DNA of 60,915 nucleotides, counting the filler. It is 6 parts of 6 records of this genome, joined end to end, with 100 filler letters (N's around TTAATTAATTAA, not from the genome) between each part and the next. Parts side by side here need not be neighbours in the genome. Positions count along the whole stretch, not along the records: positions 29,807 to 49,020 come from SRR20825010_1799; 5 more parts are not named here. The stretch is one strand, 5' to 3'. Of the stretch, positions 29,808 to 40,500 are shown one piece after another. The translations under genes were made by a program, and so were the position numbers. The notes under the pieces were generated by a model. The model saw nothing but the letters and a program-made list of their open reading frames with translations. It made no database searches and was not told where the DNA came from. The stretch's first letter is position 1; each line of letters starts with the position of its first letter.

Positions 29808-32800
29808 CAGCGCCTCTGGTTCCTCGCGCAGCTGGAGCCGGATAACCCCTTCTACAACACGCCGTTGGCACTGCGGTTGCAGGGGCATCTGGACAAGGAA
29901 GCCCTGCGCTTCGCTCTCAACAAACTGGTTGCGCGTCACGAAGTGCTGCGTTCCGCGTTCCGCAATCGCGACGGTGAGGCGGTTCAGATCATCCTTGATC
30001 ATCTCGACGTGCCCTTGCGTGAGATCGATCTGACCGCAACACCCGAGGCCGGGCGGGAAGCCGCGATGCTGGCCGAGGCCGAACGCGCCGCGCGGGAGCC
30101 TTTCCCTGATCTCGGTGCCCCGCCGCTGCTGCGTGCTGAGCTGGTTCTGCTTGAGCCGGGAGAGCATGTCCTACTCCTCACCTTCCACCACATCGTCATC
30201 GACGGCTGGTCTCTCAATCTTCTGTCCGGCGAGCTGGCCCGCGCCTACTCGGCCCATCTGGACGGCACCGCCGACGAGTTGCCGCCTCTGCCGGTTCAGT
30301 ATGCCGATTTCGCCGCCTGGCAGCGCGACTGGCTCACCGGCGATGTGCTGGAACAACAATTGAGCTACTGGCGGGATCAACTGGCCGACGCACCACCCAT
30401 GCTTTCGCTGCCGACCGATCGGCCAAGACCGGCGGTGCAGAGCTTCCGGGGCGGCAGCCTGCGTTTTACCATCGACGCGGAAACACGCGACAGTCTGAAG
30501 CAGCTCGGCCGGGCGCATGACGCGACCCTGTTCATGACCCTGCTGACGGGCTTCTCCGCGCTGCTGTACCGCTATAGCGGGCAGAACGATATCGTCATCG
30601 GATCACCGATCGCGAACCGCACCCACGCCCAGACAGAGGAGCTCGTCGGCTTCTTCGTCAATACGCTGGCGCTCAGGGTCAGACTGTCGGGGACGGCCGG
30701 CATACCCGCCCTGCTGGACCAAGTCCGGCAAACGGCGCTCGACGCCTATGCCCACCAGGACCTGCCGTTCGAACATCTGGTTGACGCGCTGCAGCCGGAC
30801 CGCGACCTCAGCCGCAATCCGGTCTTCCAGGTCATGATGGCGCTACAGAACATGCCGCTCGACCGGGGTGACGTGCGGGGGCTGACGCTCAGCTCCGTGC
30901 ATGTGGACCGTCGCGCCGCCCTGTTCGATCTGGTTCTGGATTTCTGGGACATGGATGATGGGCTGCAGGGCGTCATCGAATATAACCGCGACCTGTTCGA
31001 CCACGACACGGTCGTGCGCATGACCGGTCATTTCACGGTCTTGCTGCGCGCGATCGCTGCCGCGCCGGAGACGCCGGTCGACCTTTTGCCCCTGATGGAG
31101 CCGGATGAACGGGCCGCCGTTCTCGCACTGTCGAATGGACCCGACATTGTCCATCCGGTCGCGCAGAGCCTTGCCGAAGCCTTCGAGGCCCAGGTCGCGG
31201 CGACACCGGAGCGCGTGGCGGCGGAAGCGCACGGGGTCAGCCTCGATTATGACGCGTTGAACCGGCGCGCGAACCGGCTTGCCAATCTCCTGATTGCACT
31301 GGATGTCGCGCCGGGCGATCCGGTCGCTGTCCTGGTGCCCCGCGGTCTCGATTATCTCGCAAGCATACTCGGCATCATCAAGGCGGGCGGCTTGTTCCTG
31401 CCGCTCGACACGGCCTATCCGGGCGCCCGCCTGCATCACATGCTGGACGACAGCACTGCCGCCATCCTCGTCGCGGATGGGGACAACCTCGCGGCGCTCT
31501 CTGAAGAAGGTCTGCCGGAGAGTGTCGGAGACGTGGTTCTCTGCGGCGGCAATGCGACGCTGGAGAACAGCCCGGTCGGAGTCCGGGTTCACATGGCCAG
31601 CGCGCTCTCGGCCCAACCGGATGAGAATCCGCCGCTTACCAGCGGCCCCCGCGATCCGCTCTACCTGCTTTACACGTCCGGTTCGACGGGGCGACCGAAA
31701 GGCGCGCTCGTGCGTCATGAAGGCGCGCTCAACCATATCTTCGCCGAGTTCCGGCTGATGGATTTCGATGCTGACGGGGCCATCCTGCAAAGTGCACCGG
31801 CATCCTCGGACATCTCTGTCTGGCAATGCCTCGGGCCACTTCTGGTCGGCGGGCGTGTCGTCTTCGCGGATTTCGAGACCGTCGCCTCGCCGCGCGCCCT
31901 GCTTTCCCTCATCAGGGAAAGCCGCGTCAGCCTGATCGAGCTGGTGCCCGTGGTTCTCGAAAGCCTGATGAACGAGGCGGACGGCCTGCCCGGCGACCGC
32001 AGGGCATTGCCCGATCTCAAGCAGGCCATGGTCACCGGGGAATCCGTCTCCGTCGCCCTGGTGAACCGCTGGCTTTCGCTCTGGCCGGATATCCCGCTGA
32101 TCAATGCCTACGGCCCGACGGAAGCCGCCGACGATGTATGCCAGAGCGTGCTCGACACGCCGCTGCCAGCCGAACAGGTGACGGTTCCGATCGGCATGCC
32201 CGTCGACAATATGTCCGTGCAGATCCTCAACCCCTCTCTCGCCCTGCTGCCCATCGGCGTGCCCGGTGAGATCTGCGTCAGCGGTATTGGCGTCGGGGAC
32301 GGATACTGGCGCCGGCCGGAGCTGACCGCCGCGATGTTCGTCGATAATCCCCACGCGGATGAAACCTTCGGCGGCACTCTCTACCGCACCGGCGATCTCG
32401 GACGCTGGCGGCCGGACGGCTCTCTCGACTATCTCGGCCGTATCGACGGGCAGGTGAAAATCCGGGGCTTCCGGGTCGAGCTGGGCGAGATCGAAGCCGC
32501 CATCGGCCGCAATCCACAAATCCGCGAGGTTCTGGTCCAGGACTTCGTGGATGCCTCGGACGAGCGGCGCTTGTCTGCCTACATCCAGGTCCGGATGCCA
32601 GACGCCGAAGCGTCGGAGCTGGTTCAGGATCAGGTCGCGCTCTGGAAGGAGCTGCACGAGGCCAGCTATGCCGACGAATCCGCGGCAGAAGAAGATGCCA
32701 CCTTCAACACCATCGGCTGGGACAGCACCTTCACCGGTGAGCCCCTCTCGGCCGAAGAAATGCGGGAATGCGTCGATAACGCGATCTCGCGCATCCTTGC

Positions 32801-35800
32801 ACTGAAGCCTCAAAACCTTCTGGAAATCGGTTGCGGCACCGGCCTGCTACTTTACCGGCTGGTGCCGGAATGCGCGCACTATCTCGGCACGGATCTCTCT
32901 GCCGTCGCCATCGCGCAGCTTCAGGAGCGGCAGAACCGGCTTCTCATCGAGAAGCTGAGTGACGCCGAATTGCGGGCGCAAACCGCCGACGATTTTCAGG
33001 GGATCGCGCCGGGCAGTTTCGATACGCTCGTGCTGAATTCGGTGATCCAGTATTTCCCGAGCCGCGATTACCTGCTGGCGGTTCTGAGCGAAGCCGTCGC
33101 GCGCTGCGCCGATGGTGGTGCGATCTTTGTCGGGGACGTACGCAGTCTGCCTCTTCTGCGCGGCTATCACGGCGCCGTGCAATGCTTCAAGGCGGAGTCC
33201 GATGTGACCCGCGCCGAGCTTGCCGGGCGGATCGAGGACCAGCTTTCCCGCGAGCAGGAACTTGCCGTCGCGCCCAAGTTCTTCGAGACGCTTCGTCAGG
33301 TTCTGCCCCGTATCTCCGGGGTGGAAATCCGGCCGAAGCGCGGCACGGTCCACAATGAGATGACCTGCTTCCGCTACGATGTCGTGATCCGGGTCGCCGA
33401 ACCGGACAGAGTGCCCGATGACGGCGCACGGACGGATATCAACTGGGAGGATTGGCGGAAGGAGCGTCCGGCACTGGGCGACATCCGGGACCGTCTGGAA
33501 AACGCCTCCGGGGTCTGGGCCCTGCGCAATATTCCGAACGCGCGGCTCGACGAGATGCGCGCCCTGCTTGGCTGGCTTGAGGAAGCCCCGTCGAGTGCGG
33601 CGGTCGAGACCGCGAAAAGCAGAATGGCAGAGGCTGCCGGTCAGGGACTCGATCCGGAACAGCTTTGGGGACTGCAAGATACTCTTCCGGTAGAGGTCGA
33701 AATCTTCTGGGAGCCGGAAAGCGATTGCGGCGAGCTGGCCGTGCTGTTCCGGCCCAAAGGTCACGCCGCGATCCCGGATCCTGCCGCCAGCCTCTCGCAG
33801 CGGGAGATTTTCGAATCCCCGTCGCATCCCGAAGATCTCTTTGCCGGGATGACCAGCAATCCGCTGAGTGAGAGCTTCACCCGTCATCTGCTGCCGCGCC
33901 TGCGCCAGGATCTGAAGGGCCGTTTGCCGGAGCACATGATCCCGTCGAGCTTCGTGGTGATGGACCGTTTCCCACTCCTGCCGAACGGCAAGATCGACCG
34001 GCGTGCTTTGCCCGCACCGCGCATCCTCGCCCCGCTTCCCGGCAGCGGCACGGGACCCGAAACACTGACGGAGACAGCAGTGCAGCAGATCTGGGCCGAG
34101 GTGCTCGGGATCGCACCTCCGGGCACGGACGAGAATTTCTTCGAGCTCGGCGGCCACAGCCTGAAGGCAACCCAGGTGCTGAGCCGCCTGCAGGACAGGC
34201 TGCGCAAGGAGCTGACCCTGCGGGACATTTTCAATAACCCCACGATTGCCGCCCAGGCAGAGCTTCTCGACCGGCAGGAAAACGTTGCCTCGGAGCCGAT
34301 AACGACACTTCCGGACGCCGAGGATTATCCGGTGTCCTACGCCCAGCAGCGTCTCTGGTTCCTGGCGCAGATGGACGGGGGCGAGGCCTATCATATGGCG
34401 GACAGCCTGCGGGTGCGCGGTCTGCTGGAGATTGAAAGCCTGCGGCATGCCCTCGGGACCGTGATCGCCCGCCACGAAAGCCTCCGGACCAGCTTCCTGG
34501 AACAGGACGGCACATTACGCCAGCGGGTCGAGGCACCAGGCGCCATCCCGCTTGAGCTGATCGACCTCAGCCGGGAGGCCGACCCGCTCGCCGCCGCAAG
34601 ACAGCATGCCCTTGAGGATGCCCGCCGGGGCTTCGACCTCAGCCGGGCGCCACTGATCCGCCTGCATCTGCTGCGGCTTGGCGCGGACGATCATGTGCTG
34701 CTGTTCAACATGCATCACATCATCTCCGACGGCTGGAGCATGGACGTGCTGGTGCGCGAGATCATGACGCTCTACCGGGCAGCGCTGGGGAATGGCAATG
34801 CCGACCTGCCGCCGCTCGCCATCCAGCATCGCGACTATGTCGCCTGGCAGTCAGAGCGCCTGACAGAGCGGGCAGGTGCCCACCGTGCATTCTGGCAGAA
34901 ACAACTCGGCGACCTGCCGCCTCCGCTGGAGCTGCCCTGCGATTTCCCGCGCCCGCCGGTCAAAACCTATAACGGGGGGCGGCTGCGGCAGACCCTGGAT
35001 GCGGGCATGCTGGACAGTCTCAACACGCTGGCCCAGACCCACGGGACGAGCCTCTTCATGGTGCTGACGGCGCTGGTAAAAGTCTTCCTGCACCGGATCA
35101 GCGGGGCGGAGGATATCAGCCTCGGCGTTCCCGCTGCAGGGCGCGGGCATATGGATCTGGAAGGCCAGATCGGCTTCTTCGTCAACACGCTGGTTCTGCG
35201 TGACAGTATCGGCGGATCGGACAGTTTTGCGGAACTGCTCGACCGGGTTCGTCAGACATCGATAGAAGCCTATGCGCACGAGGATTATCCGTTCGACGAG
35301 ATCGTGCGCGACCTGAACGTGCCGCGCGATCCCAGCCGCAACCCGCTCTTCGATGTAATGGTCGCCTTCCAGAATACGGAGAATGTCGCCCTCGACCTCC
35401 CCAACCTGGAGATCACGTCACTCGGGCTGGATTACGGCACAAGCCAGTTCGATCAGCTCTGGAGTTTTTCCGAGACCGCCACCGGTCTGCAACTGGAGCT
35501 GCGCTTCAACCGGGATCTGTTCGAGGAAGCCAGTATCAGGCGCCAGATGGACTGCTGGACGGTTCTCGCCGAAAGCGCGGTCGATGCTCCGGAGGATGCA
35601 ATCGGACGCCTTCCGCTACTGACCCCAGATGAACGCACAGCGCTTCTGTCCCGGAACACTCCGATCGTGCAAACCGCTCCGGCACATGCCGGCCTTGCGG
35701 ACTGGTTCGAGGCACAGGCGGCCAGAACCCCGGATGCGATTGCGGTCAGCGACGGCGGGGAACATCTGAGCTATGCGGAGCTGAACGCCCGGGCCAACCG

Positions 35801-37583
35801 GCTCGCCCACCGCCTGCGCGGATTAACCGAAGCACCGGAGGGCGAAGACGCGCCGCTGATCGGGCTCTGCCTGCCGCGCTCGGCCGAACTGATCGTCGCC
35901 ATGCTGGCGATCCTGAAGGCAGGCGGCGCCTATCTGCCGCTCGACCCCAACGCGCCGGCATCGCGTCTCTCCTTCATCCTGCGGGACGCTCAAGCGCCGG
36001 TCCTGGTCACGTTCAAGGAGTTCTCCGCACTCGCCGGGGAGGGAGAATGTGCACTGTGTCTGCTGGATAACACTGAGACATCGGACGTGGGTGACGACAG
36101 CAACCCTGCCCGCCCGCAAAACCCGGACCGCGCGGCCTATGTGATCTACACCTCCGGCAGCACTGGAGAGCCGAAAGGCACGGTGATCACCCACGCCAAT
36201 GCGATGCGTCTGTTCACCGCAACGGATCACTGGTTCGGCTTCGGGCCGGAGGATGTCTGGACCCTGTTCCATTCCTTCGCCTTCGACTTCTCCGTCTGGG
36301 AGACATGGGGGGCACTGCTGCATGGCGGACGGCTGGTCATCGTGCCTTACGATGTCAGCCGCGCGCCGGACCGGTTCCTCGATCTGCTGGAACGTGAACG
36401 GGTCACGGTGCTGAACCAGACCCCCTCGGCCTTCCGCCAGTTATTGCAAGCCGATCCGGAGCAGGCCACCTCGCTTGCCCTGCGCTATGTGATCTTCGGC
36501 GGCGAAGCCCTCGACCCGACGATGCTGCGGAGCTGGTTCGAGCATCGTGGCGACCGTCAGCCGCAACTCGTGAACATGTACGGCATTACCGAAACGACCG
36601 TTCACGTGACCTATCGGCCGCTTTCCGCCAGTGACGCGGAAAAACCGGCCAGCCTGATCGGCGTGCCGATCCCCGACTTGCAGCTCTATGTCCTGGACGA
36701 GGGTCTGGAGCCCGTGCCAGACGGCGTTCCGGGCGAGCTGTTCGTCGGCGGACCGGGTCTCGCCACCGGTTATCTCGGGCGGCCGGAGCTGACAGCCGAA
36801 CGTTTCATCCAGAGCCCCTTCCAGACGGATGAACGGCTTTACCGCACGGGCGACAAGGTGCGGCGGCGCAATGATGGCGAGCTTGAATATCTGGGCCGTC
36901 TCGACAACCAGGTGAAGCTGCGCGGCTTCCGCATCGAGCTTGGCGAGATCTCGGCGGCCTTGAGCCAGCATCCGGAGGTCCGCGAGGCCGCCATCACCCT
37001 GCATGAGAGGGACGGCGACAAATCCCTGACCGGCTATTACATACCCGGCGATGGCGTCCCCACGGCGGATAGCCTGCGCCAGCATCTGCAGGCACGGCTT
37101 CCCGCCTACATGATCCCGGCCCGTTTCATTGCGCTGGAACGGCTGCCACTAACCATTAACGGCAAGCTCGATCACCGCGCCTTGCCCGCCCCGGAAACGG
37201 TTGCTGCGGAGGAGACGGGACGCGCGCCCCGGACGGAACGCGAGGCCCAGATCCTCTCCCTCTGGCGGGAGCTGCTGGGCCATCCGGGCCTCAGCCTTGA
37301 GCAGAATGTCTTCGAGCATGGCGCCCATTCCGTGCTCGCCGTGCGGGCCCGGGCCCGGATCCAGGATCTGGTCGGGCGGGACATCAGCATCGTTCTGCTG
37401 TTCCAGCATCCGACACCGGCAGCCCAGGCGGCCGCACTGGACGCTTCAGGCGGGGAAGCCGCATCCGGCGAAGGTGCGAAGCGGGCGGCGAAGCGGCGCG
37501 GCGCAATGCACGGACAAGGGCGCGGACGCGGCAAAACCAGAACGCGCGAAAAACAGAAGCAGCATGGAGGCCGGGCCCAATGA
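29808..37583 (+). CDS. NRPS, 5'-truncated: C-A(N-methyltransferase insert)-T-C-A-T
   Basis: Frame open from the contig edge (QRLWFL); C motifs HHIVIDG and HHIISDG; A motifs YTSGSTG.PKG (x2); MT LEIGCGTG/LNSVIQYF; T motifs GGHSL and GAHSV. Confidence 0.96.
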   Translation, partial: QRLWFLAQLEPDNPFYNTPLALRLQGHLDKEALRFALNKLVARHEVLRSAFRNRDGEAVQIILDHLDVPLREIDLTATPEAGREAAMLAEAERAAREPFPDLGAPPLLRAELVLLEPGEHVLLLTFHHIVIDGWSLNLLSGELARAYSAHLDGTADELPPLPVQYADFAAWQRDWLTGDVLEQQLSYWRDQLADAPPMLSLPTDRPRPAVQSFRGGSLRFTIDAETRDSLKQLGRAHDATLFMTLLTGFSALLYRYSGQNDIVIGSPIANRTHAQTEELVGFFVNTLALRVRLSGTAGIPALLDQVRQTALDAYAHQDLPFEHLVDALQPDRDLSRNPVFQVMMALQNMPLDRGDVRGLTLSSVHVDRRAALFDLVLDFWDMDDGLQGVIEYNRDLFDHDTVVRMTGHFTVLLRAIAAAPETPVDLLPLMEPDERAAVLALSNGPDIVHPVAQSLAEAFEAQVAATPERVAAEAHGVSLDYDALNRRANRLANLLIALDVAPGDPVAVLVPRGLDYLASILGIIKAGGLFLPLDTAYPGARLHHMLDDSTAAILVADGDNLAALSEEGLPESVGDVVLCGGNATLENSPVGVRVHMASALSAQPDENPPLTSGPRDPLYLLYTSGSTGRPKGALVRHEGALNHIFAEFRLMDFDADGAILQSAPASSDISVWQCLGPLLVGGRVVFADFETVASPRALLSLIRESRVSLIELVPVVLESLMNEADGLPGDRRALPDLKQAMVTGESVSVALVNRWLSLWPDIPLINAYGPTEAADDVCQSVLDTPLPAEQVTVPIGMPVDNMSVQILNPSLALLPIGVPGEICVSGIGVGDGYWRRPELTAAMFVDNPHADETFGGTLYRTGDLGRWRPDGSLDYLGRIDGQVKIRGFRVELGEIEAAIGRNPQIREVLVQDFVDASDERRLSAYIQVRMPDAEASELVQDQVALWKELHEASYADESAAEEDATFNTIGWDSTFTGEPLSAEEMRECVDNAISRILALKPQNLLEIGCGTGLLLYRLVPECAHYLGTDLSAVAIAQLQERQNRLLIEKLSDAELRAQTADDFQGIAPGSFDTLVLNSVIQYFPSRDYLLAVLSEAVARCADGGAIFVGDVRSLPLLRGYHGAVQCFKAESDVTRAELAGRIEDQLSREQELAVAPKFFETLRQVLPRISGVEIRPKRGTVHNEMTCFRYDVVIRVAEPDRVPDDGARTDINWEDWRKERPALGDIRDRLENASGVWALRNIPNARLDEMRALLGWLEEAPSSAAVETAKSRMAEAAGQGLDPEQLWGLQDTLPVEVEIFWEPESDCGELAVLFRPKGHAAIPDPAASLSQREIFESPSHPEDLFAGMTSNPLSESFTRHLLPRLRQDLKGRLPEHMIPSSFVVMDRFPLLPNGKIDRRALPAPRILAPLPGSGTGPETLTETAVQQIWAEVLGIAPPGTDENFFELGGHSLKATQVLSRLQDRLRKELTLRDIFNNPTIAAQAELLDRQENVASEPITTLPDAEDYPVSYAQQRLWFLAQMDGGEAYHMADSLRVRGLLEIESLRHALGTVIARHESLRTSFLEQDGTLRQRVEAPGAIPLELIDLSREADPLAAARQHALEDARRGFDLSRAPLIRLHLLRLGADDHVLLFNMHHIISDGWSMDVLVREIMTLYRAALGNGNADLPPLAIQHRDYVAWQSERLTERAGAHRAFWQKQLGDLPPPLELPCDFPRPPVKTYNGGRLRQTLDAGMLDSLNTLAQTHGTSLFMVLTALVKVFLHRISGAEDISLGVPAAGRGHMDLEGQIGFFVNTLVLRDSIGGSDSFAELLDRVRQTSIEAYAHEDYPFDEIVRDLNVPRDPSRNPLFDVMVAFQNTENVALDLPNLEITSLGLDYGTSQFDQLWSFSETATGLQLELRFNRDLFEEASIRRQMDCWTVLAESAVDAPEDAIGRLPLLTPDERTALLSRNTPIVQTAPAHAGLADWFEAQAARTPDAIAVSDGGEHLSYAELNARANRLAHRLRGLTEAPEGEDAPLIGLCLPRSAELIVAMLAILKAGGAYLPLDPNAPASRLSFILRDAQAPVLVTFKEFSALAGEGECALCLLDNTETSDVGDDSNPARPQNPDRAAYVIYTSGSTGEPKGTVITHANAMRLFTATDHWFGFGPEDVWTLFHSFAFDFSVWETWGALLHGGRLVIVPYDVSRAPDRFLDLLERERVTVLNQTPSAFRQLLQADPEQATSLALRYVIFGGEALDPTMLRSWFEHRGDRQPQLVNMYGITETTVHVTYRPLSASDAEKPASLIGVPIPDLQLYVLDEGLEPVPDGVPGELFVGGPGLATGYLGRPELTAERFIQSPFQTDERLYRTGDKVRRRNDGELEYLGRLDNQVKLRGFRIELGEISAALSQHPEVREAAITLHERDGDKSLTGYYIPGDGVPTADSLRQHLQARLPAYMIPARFIALERLPLTINGKLDHRALPAPETVAAEETGRAPRTEREAQILSLWRELLGHPGLSLEQNVFEHGAHSVLAVRARARIQDLVGRDISIVLLFQHPTPAAQAAALDASGGEAASGEGAKRAAKRRGAMHGQGRGRGKTRTREKQKQHGGRAQ

Positions 37584-40500
37584 TCACTTCCCCACTGACC
37601 ACTCCCCCGGAGGCAGGGCAGAACGCCGACACCGACCGGAACCTGATTGCCATCGTCGGCATGGCGGGACGGTTCCCGAAGGCGGACGGGGTGGACGCTC
37701 TCTGGCGTCTCCTGCGGGAGGGGGGTGAAGGTCTCATCCGTTTCGAGCCCGGCGCCCTGCGCGCCGCCGGTGTACCCGAGGCGCTTTTCGGCGAGGAGGG
37801 CTATGTGCCGGTGAACGGCGCCCTCGACGGGATCGAGATGTTCGATGCCAACTTCTTCCAGATGCCGCCGAGCGAGGCCCGGATCACCGATCCGCAACAC
37901 CGGGTCATGCTGGAGCTGGCGTGGAACGCGCTGGAGCATAGCGGCCACGATCCGGAACGCGTCAAGGGGACGGTCGGCGTCTATGTCGGCTGCGGGCCCA
38001 GCAGCTATCTGCTCAACAATCTCTACCCCAACCGTGCCAGCCTGGCCGGAGCCGGGGAACTGCCGATCCAGATCGGCAACAACAAGGATTATCTGGCGAC
38101 CCGGATCTCCTACAAGCTGAACCTCACAGGCCCGAGCGTCTGCATCACCACCGCCTGCTCCACATCGCTCGTCACCGTGCATTTCGCCGCCCAGGCCCTG
38201 CTGGACTATCAGTGCGACATGGCGCTGGCGGGCGGAGCGTCGATCCAGGTGCCGCAGGATACGGGCTATCTGTATCAGGAAGGCGGCATCCTCTCGCCCG
38301 ACGGTCATTGCCGCGCCTTCGACGCCGAAGCCAGTGGCACCGTCAGCGGCAATGGCGCCGCCATCGTGGTCCTGAAACGCCTTGCCGACGCGGAGGCGGA
38401 CGGTGACCGCATCCATGCCATCATCCGTGGCTCGGCGGTCAATAATGATGGTGCCGACAAGGCCGGGTACACAGCCCCAAGCGTCAGCGGTCAGGCCCGT
38501 GTGATCGCCGAAGCCCTGGAGGTGGGCGAGACCGATCCGGCCAGCATCGGCTATATCGAGGCGCACGGCACCGGCACTCCGCTCGGCGATCCGATCGAGA
38601 TCGCGGCCCTTGCCCAGATTTTCGGCCGCGATGGCGCGGGCCGTCATATCGGTTCGGTCAAAACCAATCTTGGGCATCTGGACGAGGCCGCCGGAGTGAC
38701 CGGTCTTATCAAGACGGTGCTGGCCCTCGGCCACCGGGAAATCCCGCCCAGCCTGCATTACGAACGCCCAAACCCCGAGATCGACTTCGCCGCCAGTGGC
38801 CTTTCCGTGAATGCGGACCTCCTGCCCTGGCAGGAGGCAGCGGACGGCACCCCACGACGCGCGGGTGTGAGTTCCTTCGGCATCGGCGGCACCAACGCGC
38901 ATGTCGTGCTTGAGGAAGCCCCGCACAGACACACAGCGCCGGACCAGCGCCCGTTTCAGCTCCTGCCGATCAGCACGCGTAGCGAAGCTGCCCTCACTGA
39001 GCGCGTTCAAGCGCTCGCGACGTGGTTAAGGGTGCATCCGGAAGAGTCCCTGAGCGATGCAGCCTTCACCCTGCAATGCGGGCGGCGTGCCTTCCGTCAC
39101 CGTGCCGCGATAGTCACCGGGAACGCTTCAGACGCACGCGAGGCGCTGCTTAGTGTCTCGACCATATCCGCGTCACCGGAGAGGCCACCACCCGTCATCT
39201 TCCTGTGCAGCGGTCAAGGCAGCCAGTATCCCGGTATGGCCCGCGCGCTCTATGAACGCGAGCCGGTCTTCCGCGCGGCGCTGGACGATTGTGCTGTGCG
39301 CTTGCAGCCGCATATCGGCCAGGACCTGATTGCCCTGCTCTATCCCCCTGCGGGAGGTGACGAAGCAGCGGCCGGGGAGCGCCTGCGCCAGACGGCTTTG
39401 GCACAACCCGCCCTGTTCTCAATCGAATATGCGATGGCCGCTCTCTGGCGCCATTGGGGCATCCGGCCGACGGCACTGATCGGCCACAGTCTTGGCGAAT
39501 ATGTCGCCGCCTGCCTCTCCGGTGTGATGGATCTGGATACCGCTCTGGCTCTCGTCGCCGCGCGTGGCCGCCTGATGCAGTCCGCCCCTGCCGGGGCGAT
39601 GCTGGCCGTGGCAATGCCGCCACGGGATCTGGAGAATTTTCTCGGCGCCGGTCTGGATCTCGCCACCATCAATGCGCCGGACCGCTGCGTTGTCAGTGGC
39701 GCCAGCACCGCGATCGAGGCGCTGGCCGAACGGCTGGAGGCGGAAGGGCATCAGGCGCAGAGGCTCAATGTGTCCCACGCCTTCCATTCCGCCCTCATGG
39801 ATCCGGTGCTTGAAGCATTCGGGAAGGAGCTCCACCGCCACATCCTGAATGATCCCGAAATCCCCTATGTTTCTAACGTGACCGGGAGCTGGATCAGTGC
39901 GAAAGAGGCGCGCGATCCCGCCATGTATGTGCGCCATCTGCGCGCGCCGGTCGCCTTCCGGGACGGCATCGACTGCGTGCTGCGGGAATACCCGGACGCC
40001 ATCTTCGTCGAAATCGGCCCCGGACAGGCCCTGACGGCCATGGTGCGCCGGATCGCCGGGCCGAAAATCCATGCGCTTGCCTCCTTGCCGCCCGCCGGGA
40101 GCGCGACGGACGATCACAAGATGCTGCTCACCAGCCTCGGCACGCTTTGGCAGCAAGGGGGAGACATCGACTGGGAGGCGTTCGCCGAACCTGATCGCGG
40201 CCGCGTGCCCCTGCCGGGTTATCCGTTCGAACGCGCCCGCCACTGGGTGGATGCAATTCCCACCGGCGCCCTGCCCGCGCCCGAGACCGGCAAGCGCGAC
40301 GATGTCGCCAAATGGTTCTACAGGCCGACCTGGAAGCGCCTGCCCTGGAACGACGGCGATGAAGCGCCCGCAACGGAGAACAGGCGCCCGTGGCTTCTGG
40401 TCGGGGACGCCGACGGGATTGGCGGCGATCTGGCCGACCGCCTGAGGGCACGCGGCGAGCGTGTCGTCATTGCGCGCGCCGGTCCCGGTTTCTTCAGCCT

